Assembly: GCA_963771355.1 (NCBI GenBank)
Contig: CAVYTA010000006.1
Location: 2,208,001 to 2,272,000, forward strand
DNA from: an uncultured Candidatus Rokubacteria bacterium
Lineage (GTDB): Bacteria; Methylomirabilota; Methylomirabilia; Rokubacteriales; CSP1-6
Direction: 5' to 3'
Length of the DNA stretch: 64,000 nucleotides
Below the pieces are notes generated by a model that saw only the letters and a list, made by a program, of their open reading frames with translations, did not search any database and was not told the DNA's origin. Positions 29,317 through 41,435 of this stretch are shown piece after piece. Position numbers and translations under genes: made by a program. Numbering within the stretch: position 1 is the first letter of the stretch; every line of letters begins with the position of its first letter.

Positions 29317-30626
29317 GCCATGCCTCCCCTCGTCTCGATGCGCACGTGCGCCGCTGCCCCGTGGGCGGCCAGACCTTCCACGCGGGCCAGCTCGGCCAGG
29401 TGGGGCCAGGCCTCCGCGAGGCCTCGGGCGGTATAGCGGATCACGCTGAGCCGCTTCATGAAGTCCTCGGTGGAGAGCGCGGAGGCGAAGCGCGCGGTGC
29501 CGCCGGTGGGCAGCACGTGGTTCGGCCCCGCCACGTAGTCGCCCACCACCTCCGGCGTGGCGCCGCCGAGGAACACCGCCCCCGCGCTCCGCACCCGGGC
29601 CAGCAGCGCGTCGGGCTCGGCCACGAGCAGCTCGAGGTGCTCGGGGGCGAGGCGGTTGGCCACGTCCACGGCCTCCTCCAGGCTGGCCGTCAGCACCAGG
29701 GCGCCATTGGCCTCCAGCGCGCTCGCCGCGATCTCGCGCCGGGGCAGCGTCTCGAGCCGGCGGGAAACCTCCGCTTCTACCCAATCGAGCAGCGCCGCCG
29801 AAGGGGAGAGCAGCACGGACCGCGCCATCGGATCGTGCTCCGCCTGGGCGAGCAGATCGGCGGCGGCGAAGGCGGGGTCGGCGGCGGCGTCCGCGATCAC
29901 CACCACCTCGCTCGGCCCCGCCAGCATGTCGATGCCGACGTCGCCGAAGACCCGGCGCTTGGCCAGCGCCACGTAGATGTTCCCCGGTCCCACGATCTTG
30001 TCCACGCGGCGGATGCTCTCGGTGCCGTAGGCGAGCGCGGCCACCGCCTGCGCGCCGCCCACGCGGTAGGCTTCCGTCACCCCCGCCACGCGCGCGGCGG
30101 CCAGCACCGCGGCATCGAGCGTGCCGTCGGGTCCGGGCGGGGAGACGAGGACGACCTCGGCCACGCCCGCCACGCGCGCGGGCACCGCCGTCATCAGCAC
30201 CGTGGAGGGATAGGCGGCGCGGCCGCCCGGCACGTAGATGCCGACCCGCTCCAGCGCCCGCACCTCCTGGCCGAGTCGCGAGCCGGCGGCGTCGGTCATG
30301 TACCAGGTCCGCGGCAGCGCCTCCCGATGAAAGGCCTCGATGCGCGCCGCCGCGTAGCGGAGCGCGGCCCGCGTGGCCTCGCCCACCTGACGCTCGGCGG
30401 TGTCGAACTCGGCCGTGGTGACGCGCAGCCCCTCCGGGGAAACCCGCACCCGGTCGTAGCGCTCGGTCAGCTCTACCAGCGCGGCGTCTCCGCGCGCGCG
30501 CACCGCGGCCAGGATGTCCTCCACGCGCCGGTGGATGGCGGCGTCCACGGACTCGGGCGCCCGGTCCAGGGCGCGCGCCACCCCGTCCACGCCCAGCGCC
30601 GCGGTGTCGAGCCGCCGGAGCTTCAT
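29313..30626 (-). CDS. hisD: Histidinol dehydrogenase
   Basis: GIYVPGG, GGAQAVAALAYG, DMLAGPSE, QAEHD, APEHL, AGPNHVLPT. Confidence 0.97.
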   Translation of the reverse strand: MKLRRLDTAALGVDGVARALDRAPESVDAAIHRRVEDILAAVRARGDAALVELTERYDRVRVSPEGLRVTTAEFDTAERQVGEATRAALRYAAARIEAFHREALPRTWYMTDAAGSRLGQEVRALERVGIYVPGGRAAYPSTVLMTAVPARVAGVAEVVLVSPPGPDGTLDAAVLAAARVAGVTEAYRVGGAQAVAALAYGTESIRRVDKIVGPGNIYVALAKRRVFGDVGIDMLAGPSEVVVIADAAADPAFAAADLLAQAEHDPMARSVLLSPSAALLDWVEAEVSRRLETLPRREIAASALEANGALVLTASLEEAVDVANRLAPEHLELLVAEPDALLARVRSAGAVFLGGATPEVVGDYVAGPNHVLPTGGTARFASALSTEDFMKRLSVIRYTARGLAEAWPHLAELARVEGLAAHGAAAHVRIETRGGMA

Positions 30627-31269
30627 CGCGACGGCCTCGCCGCCACCGCCTGGCGCAGGGCCTCCACCAGGGCGTTCACGCGCGCGTGCGCGGTCTTCAG
30701 CGACGCGCGGTTGACGATGAGGCGCGCGGTGGAGGTCATGATCTGGGCGACTTCCACGAGGCCGTTGGCGCGCAGGGTCTCCCCCGACTGGACGAGGTCC
30801 ACGATGCGCTCGGCCAGGCCCACCAGCGGGGCCAGCTCGATGGAGCCGTCGAGCCGGATCATCTCCACCTGGATCCCGCGCTCCGAGAAGTAGCGCTCGG
30901 TCAGCGTCGGATACTTGGTGGCCACGCGGACCCACGACCACTTGGCGGGATCGTCGCGCTCCCAGAGGGCGCGGGGCTCCGCGACGACTAACCGGCAGAA
31001 GCCAAAACCGAGGTCCACTGGCTCGTACACGTCCGGCTCCTGCTCGGCGAGGATGTCCTTGCCGACGATGCCGAGATCCGCCGACCCGTACTGCACGTAG
31101 GTGGGGATGTCCGCCGGCTTGAGGAAGATGAAGCGCAGCGCGCGCGCCTCGTCGGTGACGAGGAGCCGGCGCGAGTCGGCGTCCACCCCGGTGATGCCGA
31201 GTGAGCTCAGAAGGGTCAGGGCCGGCTCGAGCAGGCGGCCCTTCGGCAGCGCGAGGGTCAGCACCGCGC

Positions 31270-31273
<4 letters not shown>
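30623..31273 (-). CDS. hisG: ATP phosphoribosyltransferase, short form (needs HisZ, which is not in this window)
   Basis: [41 protein letters not shown]; no C-terminal ACT domain. Confidence 0.95.
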
Positions 31274-32528
<1,255 letters not shown>

Positions 32529-32529
<1 letters not shown>

Positions 32530-33428
32530 CAGACCGCCGCCGAGCCCGGGAGCAGGCGGCCCGCGAGGTAGCGCGAGACTCCACGCAGGTCCTCGCGAGC
32601 GGCGACGTCCACGAAGCCCGCCGCCGTCATCACCGCGGCGAGCGGCGCCGCCTGTTCTTCCCCGATCTCCAGCACCAGCCGGCCGCCGGGGCGCAGGGCC
32701 GCGGGAGCAGCGGTCAGGAGGCGGCGGATCACCTCCATGCCGTCGGGCCCGCCGTCCAGCGCCTGGCGCGGCTCGAAGGCGAAAACCTCGCGCGGTAGCG
32801 AGGGGAGGATCCCGCTGGGGAGATACGGCGCATTGGCCACGATCATGTCGAGCGCGGCAGGCTCCGCGGCCAAAGGTTCCAGAAGATCACCGGCAATGAC
32901 CCGGACTCGGCCGCCCAAGCCCAGCGCGCGGACATTGCCCTCGGCGACCGCCAGCGCGGCGGGCGAGATGTCCGTCGCGACCACGCGGGCATCGGGGCAC
33001 GCGGCGGCGAGCGCGCAGGCGATGGCGCCGCTGCCGGTCCCGATGTCCGCCAGCAGGGGGGACCCGTTGGAGGACGACGCGTTCAGGAGTTCGAGGGCCC
33101 ATTCGACCAATCCTTCGGTCTCGGGGCGCGGGATGAGGACGTCGGGCGTGACCCGGAGGCGCAGGCCACGAAAGTCCTCGTAGCCGAGCAGGTGCTGCAG
33201 GGGCTCGTGATCGGCGCGCCGGGCGACGAGCGCGCGGAACCGGCCCCCGGCGGCCTCGACCACCGCCCGGTCGGGCTCCAGATAGAGGGCGAAGCGCTCC
33301 CGGCCGAGGACGGCGGCGAGCAGCCACTCGGCGTCCTGCCGTGCGGTGGGCAGCCCGGCCTCCGCCAGGCGCCGGGCGCCTTCGGCGAGGAGGCCGCGGG
33401 ACGTGACGGCGGTGAGCGCGGTGGTCAC
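32529..33428 (-). CDS. prmC: Release factor glutamine methyltransferase
   Basis: [40 protein letters not shown]; immediately follows prfA. Confidence 0.93.
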
Positions 33429-34495
33429 ACCGTGGTCTCCGCGAGCTTCCGGCCCTGGTCCCAGGCGGTGAGGCCGTCGATGACCTCGTCGAGATCGCCT
33501 TCGATCACCGCCGGCAGCTTGTGCAGCGTGAGCCCGATCCGGTGGTCCGAGACGCGCCCCTGGGGGAAATTGTAGGTGCGGATTCGCTCGCTGCGCTCCC
33601 CGGTGCCCACCTGGCTGCGACGGTCGGCGGCGATGGCGGCCGCCTGCTCCTCCTGCGCCCGCTCGAGGAGGCGGGCCTTGAGCACCCGCATCGCCTTCGC
33701 CCGGTTCTTGATCTGCGAGCGCTCGTCCTGGCAGGTCACCACCAGCCCGGTGGGGATATGGGTGATGCGCACCGCCGAATCGGTGGTGTTGACGCCCTGG
33801 CCGCCGGGGCCCGAGGAGCGATAGACGTCCACGCGGAGGTCCTTCTCCTCGACCTTGATGTCCACGTCCTCCGCCTCGGGCAGGACGGCCACGGTGACGG
33901 TGGAGGTGTGGGTGCGGCCGCTGGCCTCGGTGGCGGGCACGCGCTGCACACGGTGCACGCCGCGCTCGAACTTGAGCCGGCTCCAGGCGCCCTTGCCCTG
34001 GATGAAGAGGATGATCTCCTTGAAGCCGCCGACGCCGGTGGGGTGGCTGTCCATCACCTCGACCTTCCACTTCTGGCGCTCCGCGTACTTGGTGTACATG
34101 CGGGCCAGATCGGCGGCGAAGAGCGCGGCCTCGTCGCCGCCCGCGCCGGCGCGGATCTCCACGAAGACATTGCGGTCGTCGTTGGGATCGCGAGGCAGGA
34201 GGAGCGCGCGCAGCTCCTCCTCGAGCCGGCTCTGCTGGCCCACCAGGGCGTCCACCTCGGCCTGGGCCAGCTCGCGCATCTCGCGATCGGCGTCCTCGGC
34301 CACGATGTGGCGGGCCTCGGAGAGGCGCTGGAGCACGCCCTTGTAGTCGCCGAACTTCTCCACCACCTCCGAGAGCTCGGCGGCGGCCTTCGCGATGCGC
34401 GCGTACTCGCTGGCCTGGCCGATCACCTGCGGTTCGGAGAGTCGGCGGTGGAGCTCGGCGTACCGCTCCTCCAGCTGGCGCAGCTTGTCAAACAT
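33425..34495 (-). CDS. prfA: Peptide chain release factor 1
   Basis: [12 protein letters not shown] (PxT), [16 protein letters not shown]. Confidence 0.98.
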   Translation of the reverse strand: MFDKLRQLEERYAELHRRLSEPQVIGQASEYARIAKAAAELSEVVEKFGDYKGVLQRLSEARHIVAEDADREMRELAQAEVDALVGQQSRLEEELRALLLPRDPNDDRNVFVEIRAGAGGDEAALFAADLARMYTKYAERQKWKVEVMDSHPTGVGGFKEIILFIQGKGAWSRLKFERGVHRVQRVPATEASGRTHTSTVTVAVLPEAEDVDIKVEEKDLRVDVYRSSGPGGQGVNTTDSAVRITHIPTGLVVTCQDERSQIKNRAKAMRVLKARLLERAQEEQAAAIAADRRSQVGTGERSERIRTYNFPQGRVSDHRIGLTLHKLPAVIEGDLDEVIDGLTAWDQGRKLAETTV

Positions 34496-34611
34496 ACGGG
34501 TCCCTCAGAGGCGGGCGGGCAAGGCACGGCACCGCCGCGCGGGGGAAAGGAGAGGACGAGCGAAAGCGGACGAGACGCCCAGGCCGCGGCTGCGGAAGCC
34601 GGCCGGGCTCG

Positions 34612-34827
34612 CTAACCCTCCGCGATCGGCTTCCTGTTGTACTTCCGCTGAAAGCGCTCGACGCGCCCCGCCGTGTCCACGAACTTCTGCTTGCCCGTGT
34701 AGAACGGATGGCACTTGGAGCACACCTCCACGCGGATCCCGGGGACGGTGGAGCGGGTGTGAATGACCTCACCGCAGTTGCAGGTGATGACGGTATCGAC
34801 GTATTCGGGATGAATGCCTGCCTTCAC
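34612..34827 (-). CDS. rpmE: 50S ribosomal protein L31, zinc-binding type
   Basis: [23 protein letters not shown]. Confidence 0.97.
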   Translation of the reverse strand: MKAGIHPEYVDTVITCNCGEVIHTRSTVPGIRVEVCSKCHPFYTGKQKFVDTAGRVERFQRKYNRKPIAEG

Positions 34828-34852
34828 GGCGCACCTCCTAAATGAAGGTCAA

Positions 34853-34881
34853 AGGATACCAGCCATGGGCGGAAAAGGCAA
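34853..34881 (-). promoter_or_regulatory. Putative sigma70 promoter of the rpmE-prfA operon
   Basis: Minus strand TTGCCT-17 nt-TATCCT. Confidence 0.6.
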
Positions 34882-34931
34882 GAATTCAGCCAACTTGACC
34901 CGCTGGACCCCGGAAAAGCGGCCTCGGAGGG

Positions 34932-36185
34932 CTAGGCGAGCTGGTTCATCTGGCTGAGGAAGTCCTTGTTGGTCTTCGTCAGCTTGAGCTTGTCGAGCAG
35001 GAGCTCCATGGCCTCGACGGGGTTCAGCTGGGACAGCGCCTTCCGTAGCAGCCACACCTTCTGGAGCTCGTCCTTCTCCAGGAGGAGCTCTTCCTTCCGG
35101 GTGCCGCTCTGCTCGATGTTGATGGTGGGGAAGATCCGCTTGTCCATCAGGCGCCGGTCGAGGTGCACTTCCATGTTGCCGGTGCCCTTGAACTCCTCGA
35201 AGATCACGTCGTCCATCCGGGAGCCGGTGTCGATGAGGGCCGTCGCCATGATGGTCAGCGAGCCCCCCTCCTCCACGTTCCGGGCCGCCGCGAAGAAGCG
35301 CCGCGGACGCTGGAGCGCATTGGCGTCGAGGCCGCCGGAGAGCACCTTGCCCGAGGAGGGAATCACCGCGTTGTGGGCGCGTGCGAACCGCGTGATGGAG
35401 TCCAGCAGGATCACCACGTCGCGCTTGTGCTCCACCAGCCGCTTGGCCTTCTCCAGCACCATGTCCGCCACCTGGACGTGCCGCTGCGGGGGCTCGTCGA
35501 AGGTGGAGGAGATCACCTCGCCCTTCACCGAGCGCTGCATGTCGGTGACTTCCTCCGGCCGCTCATCGATGAGGAGGACGATGAGGTAGACCTCGGGGTG
35601 GTTCTTGGCGATGGCGTTGGCCACGTTCTGCAGCAGCACCGTCTTACCGGTGCGCGGAGCCGCCACGATCAGCCCGCGCTGGCCCTTGCCGATGGGGCAC
35701 AGGAGATCGATGGCGCGCGTGGTGAGCTGCTCGCTGTCGTGCTCGAGCCGGAGCCGCTCCATCGGGTAGAGCGGGGTGAGGTTGTCGAAGAGGGTCTTGT
35801 CCTTCGACTGCTCGGGGCTCTCGAAGTTGATCGCCTCCACCTTGAGGAGCGCGAAGTACCGCTCGCTGTCCTTGGGCGGACGCACCTGGCCGGAGATGGT
35901 GTCGCCGGTGCGCAGGTCGAAGCGGCGGATCTGCGATGGTGAGACGTAAATGTCGTCCGGACCGGGAAGGTAATTGTAGTCGGGGGCGCGAAGGAAACCG
36001 AATCCGTCGGGAAGCACCTCGAGCACGCCTTCGGCGAAGATGAGCCCGTCCTTCTCGGCCTGCCCCTGGAGGATCTTGAAGATCAGCTCTTGCTTGCGCA
36101 GCCCGCTGAACCCCTGGACGCCGAGATCCTTGGCGACCGTGTTCAGCTCGGTGATGGTCTTGTCTTTGAGCTCGGACAGATTCAT
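34932..36185 (-). CDS. rho: Transcription termination factor Rho
   Basis: [40 protein letters not shown]. Confidence 0.99.
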   Translation of the reverse strand: MNLSELKDKTITELNTVAKDLGVQGFSGLRKQELIFKILQGQAEKDGLIFAEGVLEVLPDGFGFLRAPDYNYLPGPDDIYVSPSQIRRFDLRTGDTISGQVRPPKDSERYFALLKVEAINFESPEQSKDKTLFDNLTPLYPMERLRLEHDSEQLTTRAIDLLCPIGKGQRGLIVAAPRTGKTVLLQNVANAIAKNHPEVYLIVLLIDERPEEVTDMQRSVKGEVISSTFDEPPQRHVQVADMVLEKAKRLVEHKRDVVILLDSITRFARAHNAVIPSSGKVLSGGLDANALQRPRRFFAAARNVEEGGSLTIMATALIDTGSRMDDVIFEEFKGTGNMEVHLDRRLMDKRIFPTINIEQSGTRKEELLLEKDELQKVWLLRKALSQLNPVEAMELLLDKLKLTKTNKDFLSQMNQLA

Positions 36186-36416
36186 CTTCTTGCCTCTCTC
36201 CCCTCCGGCTTCCGACGAAATCGGCGCCGGGACCGCAGACGCGTCGGGCGCGTCGCGTGGGGGCGTGCTGCGCTTAGGATTGCGCTGCGAAATGGCGGTC
36301 TCCGGGGGGTTGCACTGTGAACGGGGGAACCAACGACTCCAGGGTCACTGTCCCACACGGTCCGGAATACTGTCAATGGAATTCTTCACCGCCGCCGCGC
36401 GGCGCGGAGCGGTCCG

Positions 36417-37517
36417 TCACAGCCGCATGTCGATGATCGCCCTCTGCCGGATCTCCGCGAGCCACTCGCGGAGCCGGACCTGCAGCTTCTCGCGGAGCAG
36501 GATGTCGCGGATCTGGTTGCGTGCCTGGACCAAGCCGTCGCCCGTGAGCGTTTCCTTCGAGTCCAGGCGGAAGAGGTGGTACCCGACCTGCGAGCGGAAC
36601 GGCGCCGAGGCCTCGCCCGGGGAGAGGCGGAGGATGGCGCTCTCGATATCCGCCGCCAGCTCGCCGCGCTTGAGCGGGCCCAGCGAGCCGCCGTCCTTGC
36701 CGGAGCCGTCCTGCGACAGCTCCTTGGCGAGCTCGCCGAAGTCCCCGCCGCTCAGCACGCGATCATAAGCGTCGGCGGCGCGGCGGCGCGCCTCCTCCCA
36801 GCCGTCTTCACCTCGATTGGGATCGGGGATGAAGAGGATGTGGCGCGCCTCGAAGGTCAGCCCCGTCTCGAGCTTCTGGCGGTTCTGCTCGACGTAGCGG
36901 TCGATTTCCTGTTCGGTGACGGTCACCCGCAGGTTCACCCGCCGCCGCCGCACGCGATCCACCATGATCTGGTCGCGGAGCCGCTTCTTCACGGATTCCA
37001 CGGTGACGCTCTGCGCCCGGAGCGCCTGCTCCAGCTCGGCGTCCGTCTTCACGTTCATCTTCTTCATGATGTCCGCGATCTGCTCGGCGATCTCGGTGTC
37101 CTCGACGGTGATCTTCTCCCGCTCGGCCTGCTGGAGCTGGAGCCGGTTCTCGATGATGCGCTGGATGAGCCGGTCGCGCAGCGCGGTGCGGGCCTCGCCG
37201 GCGGGAGCGGCCTCCTTCGTCTCGTAGAGGTAGTAGGCCTCGGCCTCGTCCAGCTCGAACAGCGTGATGGCGTCGTTGTTCACCACGCAGATGACCCGGT
37301 CGTGGACGCTGTCGGGGTCGAGGGTGGTGCCGGCGGCGGGCGTCACGGCGATGAGGGGTGCGGTGGCCTGCCTGGCCGGTAAGCTGGGCGCCGCGCCCGG
37401 CCCCAGTGGCTTGCTGCTGCCGATGAGCGGGACCCAGGACGGGATGGAGCAGCCGGCGAGGGCGATGCCGGCGAGGAGGAGCAGGGCCAGCGGCGCGTTC
37501 ACTGCCCGCCCGCTCAA
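36417..37517 (-). CDS. SurA/PrsA-like parvulin peptidyl-prolyl isomerase with lipoprotein signal
   Basis: Lipobox LAGC; VVNNDAIT SurA N-domain; ARHIL, FGELAKELSQD, GGSLG, GYHL. Confidence 0.85.
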   Translation of the reverse strand: MSGRAVNAPLALLLLAGIALAGCSIPSWVPLIGSSKPLGPGAAPSLPARQATAPLIAVTPAAGTTLDPDSVHDRVICVVNNDAITLFELDEAEAYYLYETKEAAPAGEARTALRDRLIQRIIENRLQLQQAEREKITVEDTEIAEQIADIMKKMNVKTDAELEQALRAQSVTVESVKKRLRDQIMVDRVRRRRVNLRVTVTEQEIDRYVEQNRQKLETGLTFEARHILFIPDPNRGEDGWEEARRRAADAYDRVLSGGDFGELAKELSQDGSGKDGGSLGPLKRGELAADIESAILRLSPGEASAPFRSQVGYHLFRLDSKETLTGDGLVQARNQIRDILLREKLQVRLREWLAEIRQRAIIDMRL

Positions 37518-40500
37518 CGGGCGAGCTCCGCCAGGAGACCGGTGAGTGCCGCCCGCACGTCCGGCCAGGGCCCCTTCGGGATCCGAGCTTCCACCGTGAA
37601 CTCCTTCAGCATTTTCATCTTTCCGCGGCTCCGCGCGATCACCGCCAGCAACCGCTCCGGGGTGACCGGGGTCGAGGGCGCGAAGGTCAGGAGCGCCCGC
37701 TCCCCTTGCGCCTCCACCCGCTCCACCCCGACCGGGCGCGCGGCGACGCGCAACCCTACCACATCGAGGAGCGCCTCAACCGATGAAGGCGGCGGCCCGA
37801 ACCGATCGGCCAATTCGGCCCGCATTTCGGTAATTTCGGCGGTGCTGCCGAGCTCAGCGAGGCGCTTGTAGAGCGCAAGGCGCTGATTCTCCTCCGGAAC
37901 GTATGCCTCCGGCAAGAGGGCTTCGACCTCCACGGTGATAGTGGGATCCACCTCGGCGGGGGCGGAATCCCCGCGCAATTCTCTCACAGCCTCCTCCAGG
38001 AGCTTCGTATACAGATCGAACCCCACCGCGGCGATATGGCCGTGCTGCTGGGCGCCCAGGAGGTTGCCGGCCCCCCGGATCTCCAGATCGCGCAGGGCCA
38101 GCTTGAACCCCGCCCCCAGCTCGGTGAGCTCCTCGATCACCTGGAGCCGGCGCTGGGCGGTCTCGTCCAGCCGACCGTCTGCCGGGACCATGAGGTAGGC
38201 GTGGGCCTGCATCCGCTCCCGCCCCACCCGCCCCCGGAGCTGGTAAAGCTGGGCCAGGCCGAAGCGGTCCGCCCGGTTGATGATGATGGTGTTGGAGGAC
38301 GGGATGTCGAGCCCCGATTCCACGATGGCGGTGGAGACCAGGACATCGGCCTGGCCGTCCACGAACTTCACCATCACCGACTCGAGCTCGCGCTCCGCCA
38401 TCTGGCCGTGCGCCATGACCACGCGCGCCTCCGGGACGAGGCTCTTGATGAACGTGGTCATGGAGACGAGCGACTGCACGCGGTTGTGCACGAAGAACAC
38501 CTGCCCCCCGCGCTGGAGCTCGCGCTCGATAGCCTCCTTGATGACCGCGCGGCTGAAGCGCGTCACCACCGTCTCCACCGGCAGGCGGTTGAGAGGAGCG
38601 GTCTCGATCACGGAGAGATCGCGCACCCCCGACATGGCCATGTAGAGCGTGCGGGGAATGGGCGTCGCGGTGAGGGTGAGCACGTCCACCGCATTGCGCA
38701 TCTGCTTGATGCGCTCCTTGTGGGTGACGCCGAAGCGATGCTCCTCGTCCACCACCAGAAGGCCGAGCCGCTTGAACTCCACGTCCTTGGAGAGGAGCCG
38801 ATGCGTGCCGATCACCACGTCCACCGCCCCCGACTTGAGCCCCGCCAGCACCGCCTTCATCTCCTTCGGGGTGCGGAAGCGCGAGAGCAGCTCCACCTTG
38901 GCCGGATACGGCTCGAAGCGGTCGGCGAAGGTGTTGAAGTGCTGCTGCGCGAGCACGGTGGTGGGGACCAGCACCGCCACCTGGCGTCCCTCCGACACCG
39001 CCTTGAAGGCGGCGCGGAGCGCGACTTCCGTCTTGCCATAGCCCACGTCGCCCGCCACCAGCCGGTCCATGGGGCGCTCGCGCTCCATGTCGGCCTTCAC
39101 CTCGTCGATCGCCTTCTGCTGGTCCGGCGTCTCCTCGAAACGGAAGGCGGCCTCGAACTCCCGCTGCCACGCCGCGTCCGGCCCGAAGGCGGGTCGGGCC
39201 GCCAGCTCGCGGGCGGCGTAGAGCTTGAGCAGCTCCTCCGCCATTTCCCGGAGGGCGGCGCGCACCGACTCCTTGACCCGCCCCCACGCGGCGCCGCCGA
39301 GCCGGTCCAGCTTGGCCGCGCCGTCCGGGGCCCCCATGTACTTCGAGATGAGGTCGAGCCGCTCCACCGGGAGGTAGAGCCGGCCGCCCTCGCCGTACTC
39401 GAGGAGGAGGAAATCCGCCTCGCGCCCGCTGGAAGTGAGCGTCTTGAGGCCGTGATAACGCCCCACGCCGTGCGACTCGTGCACCACGAGGTCGTTGACC
39501 GCCAGGTCCGTGAAGGAGGCGATGGCGGCCCCGCGCTGGAAGCGCGGCCGCTGGAGGCGCCGGCGGCGCGCACCGAAGATTTCCTCCTCCGTGAGGACCA
39601 CGAGCCCCAGGGCGGGAAGCTGGAAGCCGGTCGAGGCATCGCCCACCAGGACGCCGAGGCCTTCGGTGCTCCATAGCTTCGCCTCCGGCCAGGCCTCGAG
39701 CCCATGCTCGGAGAGGATCTTGCGGAGCCGCGACGCCTGACTCTCGTCGTTGACGACCAGCCGCACGGCGAAGCCCTCGGCCCGCCACTTCTCGATCTCG
39801 GCCGCGAGCATCTTGAACTGACCGCGGTAGCCGCCCACCGAGCGCGTGCCCATGGCGAAGCTGCCGGCCTCGGGACCGGCGGGGGCAAGTAGCGAGAGGT
39901 CCAGGCGCTGGAACTCCGCGAGCAGCTCGGCCAGCGGCACCGCGGCAGGAGCGTCGTCCGGCGGAGCATCGAGCACGGCGGGATCGAGCAGCACCGCGAG
40001 CGAGTCGCCGGGCATATAGGCGGCGAGCGTGCGGCGAGCGCCGGGCTCGTCCTCCTCGCTCTGCGCGGGCCCCACGAGCGGGAGGACATCGAGGTCCAGC
40101 AGATCCTCCACCGAGCGCTGGGTGGTCGGGTCGAAGAGGCGCAGCGACTCGATCTCGTCGCCGAAGAGCTCCACCCGCACCGGCCGCTCGTGGGAGGGCG
40201 AGAAGATATCCACGATGCCGCCGCGGAGACTCCACTGCCCCACCTCGACGACCGCCTCCACGCGCTCGTAGCCGGCCGCCTCGAGCCCGGCGAGGAGCTG
40301 CTCCCGATCCACCGTCCCGCCCAGCTCCAAGCGGAGCAGGCGCGCGCGATAGTCAGCCGGCTTGAGCAGCGGCGCGGTCAGCGCGGCGGGCGTGGCCACG
40401 ACCACCACCGGCTCGGCGCGCAGCAAACGATGCGCCACCAGCGCGCGCATCGCGTCCTGCTCGCCATGCCGGTTACCCCGCCAGCCCCCGCCCTGCGGCG

Positions 40501-40774
40501 GCGGGAACTCGAGCACCCGGCGGGCCCCCTCCCCCGCCCCGACGAGCGAGTCGAGGAAGTAGGCGACGTCCTGCGCGGTGTGGTGCACCTCGGCATGCCC
40601 GGGGGCGACCACGAGAATGGGGCGCTCGGCGGCGCGCGCGAGGCCCGCGATGACCAGCCCGCGCGAAGAACCCCAAAGCCCGCGGGCCGCCAGACGCAGT
40701 TCTCCCCGGGCGAGGGCGTCAGCCAGGTCCTTGAACGCCCCCCAGCGAGCCATTGCGGAGGGTTGATCGGTCAT
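37514..40774 (-). CDS. mfd: Transcription-repair coupling factor
   Basis: SLRGGIVDIF, VVHESHGVGRY, GDVGYGKTEVA, DEEHRFGV, QLRGRVGR, DLEIRGAGNLLG. Confidence 0.98.
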   Translation of the reverse strand: MTDQPSAMARWGAFKDLADALARGELRLAARGLWGSSRGLVIAGLARAAERPILVVAPGHAEVHHTAQDVAYFLDSLVGAGEGARRVLEFPPPQGGGWRGNRHGEQDAMRALVAHRLLRAEPVVVVATPAALTAPLLKPADYRARLLRLELGGTVDREQLLAGLEAAGYERVEAVVEVGQWSLRGGIVDIFSPSHERPVRVELFGDEIESLRLFDPTTQRSVEDLLDLDVLPLVGPAQSEEDEPGARRTLAAYMPGDSLAVLLDPAVLDAPPDDAPAAVPLAELLAEFQRLDLSLLAPAGPEAGSFAMGTRSVGGYRGQFKMLAAEIEKWRAEGFAVRLVVNDESQASRLRKILSEHGLEAWPEAKLWSTEGLGVLVGDASTGFQLPALGLVVLTEEEIFGARRRRLQRPRFQRGAAIASFTDLAVNDLVVHESHGVGRYHGLKTLTSSGREADFLLLEYGEGGRLYLPVERLDLISKYMGAPDGAAKLDRLGGAAWGRVKESVRAALREMAEELLKLYAARELAARPAFGPDAAWQREFEAAFRFEETPDQQKAIDEVKADMERERPMDRLVAGDVGYGKTEVALRAAFKAVSEGRQVAVLVPTTVLAQQHFNTFADRFEPYPAKVELLSRFRTPKEMKAVLAGLKSGAVDVVIGTHRLLSKDVEFKRLGLLVVDEEHRFGVTHKERIKQMRNAVDVLTLTATPIPRTLYMAMSGVRDLSVIETAPLNRLPVETVVTRFSRAVIKEAIERELQRGGQVFFVHNRVQSLVSMTTFIKSLVPEARVVMAHGQMAERELESVMVKFVDGQADVLVSTAIVESGLDIPSSNTIIINRADRFGLAQLYQLRGRVGRERMQAHAYLMVPADGRLDETAQRRLQVIEELTELGAGFKLALRDLEIRGAGNLLGAQQHGHIAAVGFDLYTKLLEEAVRELRGDSAPAEVDPTITVEVEALLPEAYVPEENQRLALYKRLAELGSTAEITEMRAELADRFGPPPSSVEALLDVVGLRVAARPVGVERVEAQGERALLTFAPSTPVTPERLLAVIARSRGKMKMLKEFTVEARIPKGPWPDVRAALTGLLAELAR

Positions 40775-40850
40775 GCGACTTGCGGCCTTGCCGAGGATAC
40801 CTCAAAGAGGGGCGGAGGGCGAATCCTGACGGCCCGGCCGCTGACGTATC

Positions 40851-40879
40851 TTGCCGCCAAGACTTGCGGGACCTATCAT
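40851..40879 (+). promoter_or_regulatory. Putative sigma70 promoter for the plus-strand accessory genes, divergent from mfd
   Basis: TTGCCG-17 nt-TATCAT upstream of the 40936 ORF. Confidence 0.55.
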
Positions 40880-40935
40880 GGCGCCAGCATGGGCTCGGGC
40901 CGCGCGCGCGTATTCAGTTCTAAAGGAATGGGGCG

Positions 40936-41430
40936 ATGACACATATCCAGGAGAAGATCGAGCAGTACATCGACAGTCGGCTTTCCGGGAAGACGGGATA
41001 CCTCGGCTACTATGACCGTACCGCGAGGCGGATGAAGCGCCGGCACCTGCAGAACCGGGCTGCCGCCGCCATCGGCGCGGTGCTCATTCCCGTGGTCAGC
41101 AACCTGCCTTGGGAGATTCCGTTTGGCTCGACCACCATCCAGGTCTCCACGATGGGCGCCTCCCTCATTGGACTGGGGGTCGCCCTCATTCTTGCGCTCG
41201 AAGGGGTCTTTCATTTCAAGGAGCAGTGGCAAAACTGCCGGGGCACCGAGCAGTATCTCCTCTCCCAGCGATTCCGCTTCGAGAATCGCGTGGACGAGTA
41301 CCAGACGTTGACCGACGAGGAGGCCTTCAAGCTGTTCGTCTCGAAAGTCGAGAAGGCGATCATCGATGAAAACAACGTGACGCTCAACATCCTTGGCCGC
41401 TCGGACGCGGCATCGGCCTCCTCGAAATAG
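40936..41430 (+). CDS. DUF4231 / SLATT-like two-TM protein
   Basis: YYDRTARRMK, two hydrophobic helices, then F-x-x-x-W-x-x-x-R-x-x-x-x-x-L and FVSKVEKAIIDEN, matching my recollection of DUF4231; RBS AAGGA. Confidence 0.72.
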   Translation: MTHIQEKIEQYIDSRLSGKTGYLGYYDRTARRMKRRHLQNRAAAAIGAVLIPVVSNLPWEIPFGSTTIQVSTMGASLIGLGVALILALEGVFHFKEQWQNCRGTEQYLLSQRFRFENRVDEYQTLTDEEAFKLFVSKVEKAIIDENNVTLNILGRSDAASASSK

Positions 41431-41435
41431 CGGGC

